From positions 901-64,900 of IMG/VR virus record IMGVR_UViG_3300037839_000499: 64,000 nt of DNA; one strand, 5' to 3'. The notes below the pieces were generated by a model. It saw only the letters and a program-made list of their open reading frames with translations, was not told where the DNA came from and searched no databases. Shown in pieces: positions 10,021-22,000 of this stretch. The translations under genes were made by a program, and so were the position numbers. The stretch is from a virus. Its lineage: Duplodnaviria > Caudoviricetes. The first letter of the stretch is position 1, and each line of letters starts with the position of its first letter.

Positions 10021-13000
10021 ATGTCCTTACCCGATTTTGGTGGAACTGGAGTTGACGGCAAGCCAGAGGATAGCTTTGGTGGGCCAGAACCAGAGTATGT
10101 GCCGAGGACGAGGAGTGAGGCTCGGAGTCTTGAGCAGGAGCAAACAGGGAAGATCAAGGAAGCCACAAGGGCGTATAACTACGGATCAGAGCAAGCTCTT
10201 GAAGAGGCTGGTATAAAATACAAGACGGACGAGCAAGGATTTGTTCAACCCCGCTATGAACCGAATAATGAGTTTGGAAGGTCTGTTGAGTTTGGGACTT
10301 CGGAGTTCAAGGATCCGATTACCGAAGAAACGAGGCAGATTGATAAAACCGGAAAAGTTAAGCCCAAGAAACGGCAGAACGTAACGTATAAGTCTGGCGA
10401 CGCAAACAACCCTAATTTTCCCAATCCGTCTAGGATATACAGAGTATATACACGCGAGCAGGACGCTGGAGTTGAGGATCCCAATCAGCCTTTTGCAGCA
10501 ACTAAGGCAGAAGATATTGGAAGTGCTTTCGACTTGCAGGGGGTTTCAGATCAAGGCATTTCATCGCTGGCCAAGGAAGCCGTAAGGAAAAATAGGCAAT
10601 ACGAGCTTAGTTCGGCCAAGTCGGTGCTGGACGCAAGAGGCCAGCAGCTGGATGTCGAGTCGGAGACGTTCAAATCCCAGATCGATACCCTTAACCAAAC
10701 GCCAATCCCAGATTGGCAGCCCGACGGAGACAAAATGGATCCAGCCATCGCGGCGGAGGTTGGCGGTAAGGCTGACGCAAAAACTAGGCAAAATGTGGCC
10801 GCAAGAATTGGAATGTCCAGAGACCAGAAGATTGGCGAGGTCAGTTCGCAGTTGGCCGAAAAGAATAAGGAAAGAATCCGCAATCGTGCGCTCCAGGTCG
10901 AGCTTCAGTCGCAAATGTCCTTTGATGAGGGTGAGTCCATATATGACAACCGCGTTCAACAGCTTCTAAAGAATGGAGCAAAACAAGAGGATATTGATAA
11001 GGATCCGCTTATCGGAGCAATCCGAGAGGGGCTTACAAACATTCAGAAGCCTGTCCTGCCCTTGTCAGAGGTTTTCAAGGATCCAACGCTTGCCCCGCAG
11101 GCAATTTATGAAACAAGGGCATCCCAGCGTGAAAAGGCAAGAATTGAGGCCGAGGGAAGGCTTGCCAAGGAAAAGGCCACAGAATTTCTAAAGCCATTTA
11201 TTGAGCAGGCGGCCGACACGTCCATCAGTTACACGACATTGGCTGGGCGCAGAAATAGGCTTTCTTCTGTTTACAACAAACTTCTAGAGGACGCCGATTC
11301 ATCCGACACAAACCAGAAGGGATCTGGACTAAATCTGCGCGCGCAGGCGGCTGGTTACGCGGAAGCCATCGGAGTTCTTGACGACCAGCTTGGTAGAATT
11401 GGCAAGCAAGCCTTGATAGCCCAGGATGGGGCAAAGATTCAGGGTGAGTTTGCAAAAGAGAAGGAGCAGCGGGTTCAACAGGAGTTGAAGACCAGACTTA
11501 CGAAGCTCGAGCAAGAAACTGCGCTCAAGGTTGAGAAGTTTAAGCAACGCAAAGAGCTGGAAGATGGAGCCTTCATGGGCCCGCCGGCTCCTGAGGACAT
11601 TCCTCCATCCACGCCAACACAAGGTTCTCCGACCCAACCCACGACACCCTCCCAACCAGAAAGTCCGACAAGCTGGTTCCAAGGCGGTCTTAATAACCTC
11701 TTTAGCAAAGACACGATGCGACAAGCAACTCGAGGATACTTTGAGCTTAATCAGAAGTTTGCCTCTGGAACTTACCTTGCCGCCGCAAACTCGTTAAGAA
11801 TCCGCGGCCAAGAAATGCCGACAATGGGATCTGAGTTTGTTGGCGCAATGACCACATCCCCGTCTATGCCTGCCAAAATTATGGCGGTTCTGGGTATGGT
11901 CGACAGGCAGTTTGGAGGGAAACTTCACAATAAGGCCGCAAATTACTTTGAAGAATCTGCGACCGCAGCCAAGGAGAACGAGACAGCCATACGCAACGAG
12001 AAGTTCCTTGGAGCCGAGCCGGTAAGTCCAGAGTGGCGGGAAAGCGATGTCGGCCAAGTGGTCAAGTCGCTTACCGAGCTTCCGTTTTACATCGGCACAA
12101 CAATGATCAATCCGGCTGTCGGGTTTATTGCTACATTTGGCACGTCCTACGACGAGGCCATCCAAAACCAGCTGAATTCGGGAGTAAGAAATCCAGATCA
12201 TGTCACGGCCTTGGCTGAAGCAATCCCAGTAGCAGCAGCCGAAAGCCTTGGAAATATGGTCCAACTTGGACTAGCTAAATCTCTTGGCAGGAAGTTCATT
12301 CAAAACCTCGAAAGTATGACAGCTAGAAGCCTTCGTGGCCTTTTCGCAAGTGCGGCCATGAAAATCGGGGGAGGCTCTGCATTCGAAGGGATGGAGGAAG
12401 GCGTTCAAACGTGGTGGTCAAATATGATTGCCAAGCATATCGGTAAATTTGATCCAAACAGACCGCTAGATAAAGACGTTTGGAAAAGTATCTACGTTGC
12501 GATGTGGGCCGGTGGAGCTGGAGTTACCGTAATGGGAGGCGGAACTGTTGTTCTGACAGGCGCACAGAACGCACTCAATGAGCGTGGGCTTCGGAAACAG
12601 GTCGACGAAATGAGGACAGCTACCGAGGACATTCCTCTAAACGGATGGGAGGACTGGGGAAATAAACTTCCAGAGCAAGTGCTGGATCCTGGACTGGCTG
12701 AAAGTTTTGGCGAAATCGGTGCTGATCTTGATGAGCAACAAGGGCAATTCCTTGTTGGATTGGCTGACAGCATTAAGGGCGCGCCATTCAGAAGATTGCT
12801 GGAACTTGGCAAATCAATCGACGAAAGCATTAATCAACCGCCCGCTCTTCAAAGCCGAGCGGCCGGGATCCTGACCGGAGCCAAAAACGAACAATTGAAG
12901 GGTGAGGCAGACTTATATGCCGAAAGGGCTAACCTTGCCGCGATTATGCAGGGAGAGGCACAACTTCGCTTGCGTGTCGCAAGGGAGATTGGAACGCTTC

Positions 13001-16000
13001 CGACTGACCCTGTTGACGGCGGTCTGGATCAACAGGCGACTGGTCTTATCGCTGCCAAGGTTTTGTTTGGATCTAGCGGAGTTACCCAAGAGGAGCTGAA
13101 GGCAAAATACCGAGGGATGCCAATCATCCAAACCGACTCTAATGGTATTCAAGTGCCATCAGAGTTTGTGAAGCAGGACATATTTTCACAAGCGCCAACC
13201 ATGTCCGAACAGCTGAAAGGATTTTTAAGTCGGGTAGATCAAGCTATGGCAAAAGCGGAAGTTTCTGGCGGTGCGAGCGCAGAACCCCCAGAGCCACCGA
13301 AGCCAGAGCAGAAGCCAACCGGGAAGCCGAGACAAGTTGATCAAGCGAACCTGAAGACCCCGCGCCAGATCGCGGAGGCCAGCGCAAAGACAGGATCCCC
13401 CGCTCTGATGGCAAGGCTGGAAGGCACGACCCCGGACGAGAGATGGGCATCGGTTGAGTCGAAGATGAAAAATCTCGTAACAGCCATCGGCTCAAAGGGG
13501 CTGGATGTGAAATTTCTCTCTGATGACAGGCAAGAAGCATCTTCTGCCGGATTTGATGTGGACAACAAAACACTCCGTATCAACCTCAACCGAAAGGCTT
13601 TCATGGATATGGAGGGTACTGATCCAGAGGCAAACAACCGGTATGTAAGGGAAGAGATAGCTCACCTTGGAGACATTGCAGAGGGGGCATTGGACGCAAA
13701 AAGACAGGGCAAGGACAACTACCGCGAGCATTGGGAACAGCAACGCGCGACCATGCTTTCAAGAATCTTTAATGTCGCAAAGCAAGACAAGGCAGTAGAG
13801 GAATCGGTGGTAGCGGCTGCAAATCTTTATCTTGAAAACGTCTTTAGCAAGCCGATGACGGATGACGGCGGGAACAAGTTCTCGTCTACGAGCGCACCGA
13901 TGTCCGCCACGATGGATGCGCTTGTCCGTGGCGAAGTGATGCCTCAGTTCAAAACAATTTCAGATGTTCAGCGGTACATGGTTCGGAATGGGGTGGGCGG
14001 GGAGAAGGGTGTTCGTGCGATGCCCCTCTTTATGGCTGAGATGCTTCGGATGCTTAAGACGTATGGACAGCCCCAAACGGAATCTAGAAACTACCTCCGC
14101 ACGGCCGCGAAAACAACGGGAGGTTCGCGAGCCATTATCAAGATCATTTCCGATTACCTTCGAAAAGTATACAAAGCGCTGTTTTCCATTAAGGATAGCC
14201 TGGTCAAAGCCGACCCTCAGCTGGCTGAAGATTTGAGCAACCTCTTGTCTGAAATAGACGATGTTCTCTCTGATTCACCTAGCCAGCCAAGAGTGGAAAT
14301 AAATCCACGTAGCCCCAATGAGCCACAAGCTCCAGAGGCCAAGCCCCGCGCCCCACCCGAAACAGGTGAAAATGTCCCGCAACCGCCAGTTGAACCGCCG
14401 GTTATCGCCCCTCAAGGAGGAGGTCAAGCAGTTGGAACTATTGCACCGCCAGCGACAAGAATAGTCCCTCGAGGCCGGATGGTATCAGTTACCTATGACA
14501 AGCTTGGGTCTGGGGGAGTGGAATCAGTCACGGAACAAGTCCAGCTGACAAAGGAGCAAGAACTAGAGTGGGAAAAGGGCGAGGCGAATTACCGGCAGTC
14601 AGCGGAGATGGCTAAAAGGACAAAAGATCCGGCCATGCGCTCGAGCCGGATGCAAGGCGCTGGGTATGAGTGGGCGAAAAGAAAGAGGGAGATAACTGGC
14701 CGACTCCATTACAGGGAGCAGATGGAGAAAGAAGCCCGAGAGAAAAAAAATTACATCGGCAAGAAGGTTGGGATTCAGGCTGAGGAGGGGATTCTCTCGG
14801 CAACTATTATTGGGAATCCGTTCGGGCGGGTTAAGGTTCGGCTTGAGGACGGGCAAGAGCTTACGGTTCTGCCAGATCAGCTGACGAGCGCGCCCGAGAT
14901 CGAGCAAGACGAACCCACGACAATTCCATCTGGTCAAGTTGTCGATTTCCCAGTCAATAAGATCGTTGTTAACGACAAGATCCAGCAATTCAAAAAGAAG
15001 GCCAAGAAGGATTCGGGAGTCGTAAAAGCTCTAACTGGAGAATACCAAGCAACTCCGAAGAACCCGATTGTTATCTGGGAGCGAAACGACGGAGTGTTCG
15101 AGGTTATTACGGGCCGTCATCGGCTGGATCTGGCCAAGCGAAACAACATGGCAACAGTTCCAGCCCAAATCGTCAAAGAATCAGAGGGATGGACACAAGA
15201 AAAAGCTGAAACTTTCGATGCCGAAGCGAACATCCGCGACGGCCAAGGCGACCTCGAGGACTTTGCCTACTATTTTAGAAAGTCTGGAATCAGCCAGCAG
15301 GACGCCGAAGTAAAGGGTCTGTTGCGAGATGACGGCAAGGGGAAAGCTGGATTCTTAATCGCCAACGAGGCGACTGAAGATGTTTATGCAGGGCTAATGG
15401 CCGGCAAGGTGGACGCAGGGATGGCGGTTATTATCGCCTCTGGTGCTCCGAAATCTGTTGGAGCCGTCAATGAATCGATCCAGAGGGCGGCCTTGAACTA
15501 TGTTACTTCAGAAAGAGTAACCCAGCAGGACGTTCGCAACTTCATCTCAGGGATGATCGCAACGTTCGCCGATAAGGGGCCATCCGAGTCGCAATCAGAC
15601 CTGTTTGGTAGCGATGACTCCGCCTTGGAGCTGATGAAGCAACGAGCAAAGAAGGCCTCAAAGATCCAAAGGGATGTGCGTCAAAAGCTGAACGCAATGT
15701 TGAATTTCAAAAAGCTGAGCCGAGAGGGGCAGGCTCAAGCCTTAGAGGATGTAGGTGTAACCATAGCTGTGGGAGAAGACTCCGTGGCGAAGGTAAACCA
15801 AAAAATAACGGATCTGCAGGCCGAACTCGCCTCTTGGGAGAGATGGGCTACGGATCCAGAGAAGGTGGGCCAGATCGACCAAATGCCTAACATCAAGGCA
15901 CAAAGGATTAACATCCAGGCTCAGCGTATTGACGACACCCAAGAAGGAGGCGTAGACTCTAATAGTGAAGAACGAACTCAATCCGGAACAAGTGAAGGAA

Positions 16001-19000
16001 TACAGCCGACTGGCAGCGGAGGAGGCATATCCCCGACTGGTGAAGTGGCAACGGGACAACCCGGAGAACTTCAGAATGTGGAAGACGGACGCGGACGCCC
16101 TTTATCAGGATCCGTGGATCAACGACTTGACGGAGGATCCGGAGAGAACCAAGGATTGGCTGACAACGCTGTTCCGGCAAGCGTGCGGATCAGTAGAGGG
16201 CCACAACCAAATCTTGGCGCTCTTCAGTCGCTCCAAAGGAGAGAACCGAGAGTCGAAGTTGGGCGAACTGCTAATGTCGATGACGCTGAACGAGTTTTAG
16301 GCGAGGGTCTAGAAACCCAAGTTCCTTGGGTTCCGGTTATTCAGGGTAGCGGGGTTAGCCTAAAGACATTTGCTCCCGCTGGCATTGCGGACGAGATGCG
16401 CAGAAACTTGGAGAGAATCGACAGGGAGCGCGGTGGATTAGAGCAGTACGTAGCTAATGCGCTTGGCCTTGCAGACACTTCCGAGCTTTACCGAGTCATA
16501 AATCCAAAGGCTGGATCTAGGCTCAACAAGGAGCAAGTTGAGACAATCGCGGCCGCGCTTGACCGCATGGATGCAGGTAAGTCCTGTATTATTGGACATG
16601 AGATGGGCATAGGCAAGGGGCGCCCGTGCGCAGCTATCCTTTACGTGGCCTATTTGCGCGGCCAAATCCCGATCTTCTTTACGGCTAACTCGAGAACCTT
16701 GTATCCGACTCTAATGGATGACTTTAAGGATCTTGGATTCAAGATGGATCCATTTATTACCGACCAAGACTTTGAATCAGTAATGGGTGATGGAAGTGTT
16801 TTAACAAACAAGGGTAAAAATCCGAAGGCATTGTTCGATTCGATTGCAGCAAGCAAGAAATTGCCGACTGGCAAGACGATGATAATGACCACATGGGAGC
16901 AGGCGCGGCTCAAGGATGTGAACGCTGTTCTTAACGCCTTGGCTCCAAATGCGGTCTTCGTAATCGACGAGGCTCACAAAGGAACTGGCGATTCGCTCTC
17001 ATCGGAAGTTGCTCGAGGCATTCTGAAGAAAGCAAAAGGAGTGACGTTCTCCAGCGGAACAGCCATTAAGAATCTTGAGGCGATGCGCCTCTATTTCCCA
17101 TTCACTTCCGTCAATCGGGCCATTCCTTCCGTTCGCCGGCTAAACCAGCTTCTCAAGAAGTTTGCCAATCCTTTGCTCGAGCTGATGAATCGAGGCCTTG
17201 TCTCTGCGGGTGAGTATATTCGCTACCAGAGAGGCCTGACCCATAATGGCGAGCCGGTACCATTTACCGCATTGGCTCTACGTACTGGACCACAGGTTGT
17301 GGAGGTGAACGAGACGGCAAACGAAATCGCTGGCGAGTTAAAACAGATCCAAGCAGGGCCGTTTATGAAGCAGTTGCGCGGGGTGCTCATGCCTCTGGTG
17401 AAAACTAAGGCAGCCGCAATGATCGAGGACAAGCCCGAGCTGGCTGCAACGCTGACAATAAAAGTAGAGCCGTACCCCATGAAGTCGCAGTTCCACAATA
17501 TCGCAAACATCATGGTGCTGGCCTCGAAAATCCCCGAGATTTCAAAGCAGATTAAAGCCCTGGTCGATCAAGGCAATAAGGTGTTTGTAGCCTCTGACGC
17601 AACTGGGGAAGCCGCAGTACAAGAGTTGCTTGATGATATTTCGCTAGAAACCGACCCAAAGAATGCTTCGTTTGCGGATGCCCTTTCCCGATATACCGAC
17701 AAGCTAAAGTACATAACTATCACGGCAAAGGTCGGCCCCAAGGGTAGGCAACAGACCTTATTCCGCCAAAAGCTCGATCTGAATAGAGCGCAGGAAGAGT
17801 ACCCAGAGGCAGTAGAGAGAGCGCAACAAGTACTACAGCAGATTGCTGATGCCAAGAGCATGATTGAGTCCTCAAGGAATATTCTTGGGAGACTAGGCAT
17901 CTCGCCGATGGATTCACTCCGACAACAGCTGGAGTCAGTACAGATCCCAAGCGTCGAGATCTCCGGCCGGTCGGCCACAGTGATGCCTGATGGAACCCGC
18001 GAAAAGCGGACGGAGCTAGACCAAGACCGAATGGCCTCGCTTTCGATGTTTAACAACTTGGACGATATGAATGTAATTTCAGTTTCACGCTCTGGCTCAA
18101 CTGGGATTAACGCCCATAATTCCCCTAAATTTAACTCTCAAAAGGATCGCGTATTCTTTCTTTTGCAGCCGTCTCCGAACGTAGTGGACACAGTTCAGGT
18201 TGCCGCCCGCGTGAATCGAACCGGACAGCTGACGGCGCCTCACCTTTACATGGCCTATGCCGAGGAGTTGCCTGCAGAAAAGCGGATGATGGCTCTAACA
18301 GCCAAGAAGATGTCGAAGCTCGGAGCGTCAAGCACCGGCGGACAAAAGCTCGATATGTCGGAAACCTTTGGGGAGGACATGCACAACGCTTACGGAGATC
18401 TGGCAATGGCCAATGTTCTGGCAAGGGACGAAACATTCAGACAAGAGTTTCAGTCTAGGCATAACGAATACTTCCCAGGATCCAATGAAGAGGAGGTTCG
18501 GGCAAACCTAATGAAGGGAGCTGGCAACGGAGATGTGTTCAGAAGGTTTGAGCACATGCTTATCATTATGCCTTTGGACATTTACTCCCAAATTTCGGAG
18601 CAAATACGCGACGAATATAATGAGATCGTTGAGACGGAAAAGATGGCTGGACGATACAACCTCACGTCCGAAAAGATGGACTACAAGGCGGTGCTGGTGG
18701 ATGACATGCCGGGAATGGCCCCATACAGCCCCCGCAGGGAAGGCGAACCAGATATCGGGACCGCCCAGCCCACGCAACTTCGCAGATATCGATTTACCAA
18801 CCCAACGCCACCGCCGGCATCCGAACAGCTGATTAAGGACATCGACAAGGTGAAGGCCGATACGGCTCAACTTGTGCAGAAATACAACGAATCAGCGGAG
18901 AAATACCTGAGCGACAGGGTCAATTTGATTACAAGCCGATCCCGCCTTGATCCAAATGCAAGGAATCTGCTTATTCAGGCCATCACAAGAAAGATGGCGG

Positions 19001-22000
19001 TAGCCCAAGCGGCCGTGGCGGCTGCGGCTGAAAAGGTGGGCGGAGGCTACTGGTATCACATTAACGACACTCAAGTTCCAGTTTTTGTGACTGGCTTACG
19101 GCTGAACATTAAGTATCCGCATGTTGTCGCTTCTCAGCGTATGCTTATCCAAAGCGCGGGGTTCAACCATCTCATGCCGGTTCCAATTTCCGCCAACCCT
19201 CTTTCTCGGTTGGCATCGGCCCAAGCCGCTTTCAATAATAACCCGCTCGAGCAGAACGAGCTTGGCATCGAGATGCCCCTTCTGGACATCACTCCGACTG
19301 GCCAAGACTCCGAGGCGGCTTTCTATCGCTCATTCCAGCAGACGGAAACGTATGCAGCTGCAAAAGCTTGGGAGAACCATCCTTTCGCACTCCGAGAAAA
19401 ATACATGAGCTTCGCTATGGATAGAGCCGGGTATAGGCCTGGATTCTTCAGAGTTAACCGCAAATTCTCAGACGGAAAGACGGTGAATAGTCTTTATTAC
19501 GACGGGAACACGATTATCGAGATGTCTCCTGTGCGTACCCGCGAGATTCTTTCCTTTGTGTCTGAAAAGACTGAGAACGCCCAGACCGAAAAAGAGGTAG
19601 TTGACGCATTTGCTGAGGCGTTGGATGTAACGCAGGACATCGACACAATAACCGATGAGGGCGCGGTAGCTACGGATCAAGGGCAAAAGCAATTTGTAGG
19701 CAAGATGAACAACCGCCGGCGCAACCAAGTTGTATCTGGTGCGTATGACCGCGAGCGCCAGAAGGCGATGCAACAAGACCACTTCGTTATTGCTGGCAAT
19801 CCCTTGGTGGCTGCAGATATGGCGACTAGGTTGTTTGGCCAGCAGTTAAATCACCGCATCATGCGATTCACTAATCAGGACGGAAGTGAGACAACTGGCA
19901 TTGTTGTTCCCGCCCAAGCCGAGTTCAGTCAGCTCAGGAAGCTTTCAGACGTAATGAATACCAAAGAGACAATTCAGCGTTCTGATGCCGAGAGGGTGCT
20001 GGACTTCCTGAATAGCACCATCACAAGACACCATAACGCAACGGAGGTCGTGTTTACGGACGGAGCCACAATTTCATACGCAACCACAGAGGCAACGGCC
20101 ATTGAGACACCCCATTCACTCAAATCGATAATCCCAAATCGAGTGTGGGAAATGGCGCAAGATCAGCTGGCCGACTTATCTGTTGTGGAGGAGGGAGGAG
20201 TCCCTGATGAGGTCAGAGCGGAGCTTGAGAAGTTAGTTCCTGGAGCAAAGGTATCGGCAGAGGGGCCATACATTGTTGTTGCAATGGGTGGTTTTGATGC
20301 CGGAAAATACATCGCTAAGAGGATGGCGAGGGCTTCCGACAGGATCGCTACTGGCGCAACGCCTATTGAAGGTTACGCCTATTCCGGCCCCCGCTCAGTT
20401 CAAATTCACGCCCAGCGGATTGGGGATGAAATCACCCCAGAGATATGGAACTACTACCGGATCGCCACCCAACAGACTACTGACTCAGATGGGGGCGTGG
20501 GGCCGTCGCCAGCAGTTCGAATGGTTCTACGAATGTTCCCGAATATGGATGCCTCGTATGTGGAGGATTCAGCTGTTTCTGGTGTTCTGAAAGCCATTAA
20601 AGCTCTTGCCGTAATGCGGACGCAGGATCCGGGCAAGTTTGCCGAAATGGAGGGATCCATGACTCCTGAAGGCGGAATACCCAAGAAGATTTTCTCCTAC
20701 ATGGTCGAAGCCGCCAAAAACAGCGTGCTTACGTCCTACCAAAAGTTTGGGCAGTACGAGGTTGACCCACCCGAGCAACAAGGGATGCAGATGCTTGAGG
20801 ATGAGGAAACCGTGGCCGAGGTTCTGGCGGGTAGGGCAACCGCATTTAGCGATGATGAGGGGCCGGACATCGTTACTCCCAAGGAGATAGAAGAGACTGA
20901 GTTTACCAAGGCCCTGCGTAGCGACATGGAAGCCGCATTCCAGATTATTGATCCACGCTTGGCCCAAGTGTTTGTCGCTCACAACCGAGGAATGACATTC
21001 GAGGCAATTGCAGATGAATTTGCGTTGCCACCGATTATCGGGAAGGACGGGAAGCAACGCCCAAACAAGCAGATGGCCCAGCGTATGTACGATGATGCGC
21101 TCCGAGCCTTACAAGACTTTGCTGGTGACAATAGCTTGTTCGCAACCAACTCGAGGCCACAAAAGCCTGTGAGTAGGGCATTGCGGCTCGCCATGGAAGC
21201 AGGGCTAATTCGACCCATGTCGATCAACGCACAGCGGATCTACACAACCGATTCTGAGGAAGACGGTGAAACAGCGAACCTTGTTCGGCAGTTCCGTAGC
21301 ACCCAGCTTGGGCAGGCCATTGCGGCGCTTCGTTCTGGACCGCAACCAGCCGGCAACCTCATCCGTGGGATTGCGGAGCCAGCAAACGAAAACAATAAGG
21401 CGATCCAAGCCTACTACCGGCTTCTTAGCCAAGCCTTGGTCAAGGGTATTGAGGCCAACCCATCGTCATTCCTTGGCAGGGCATCAAATACCGACGTAGT
21501 AATCGATGAATCGATCCCAACGTCTCACTTCTCGTCGAGCAAAATGGATCCGTTTACGATGGGAATTATCCGGCTTCACCCTGGTCAATTGAGTCCGAGG
21601 GTAATTCTGCATGAATTTGTTCATGCCTTTACCGCTCAACTCATTGGAACCGAAATCATTAAGAATTTCCAACCTCGCCGTGGAGAGATGACTGGATCGA
21701 AGTATCGCGAGGCATTAACCACTTACGCCAACAAGCAACCCATCGATACAGACAACCCAACAGGGGCGATCCCCGCGATGCAGAGCCTTGTGAAGGCATA
21801 TCTTGGGGCATTGAAGTACGCCAAAGACGATGCCGGTCAACCGATTGAGAACGCAATCTTTGGTTCTGGCCTAACTGCCAGCTTCTCAATCACGTTGCCT
21901 ATGCACCGAGCGAGCTATGCCGGCGGATTGCATATGTCGGCGCACATTGATGCGTCCAATTCAAAGGCTATCTATGACCACTTTACCGAACTTGGGCTTG

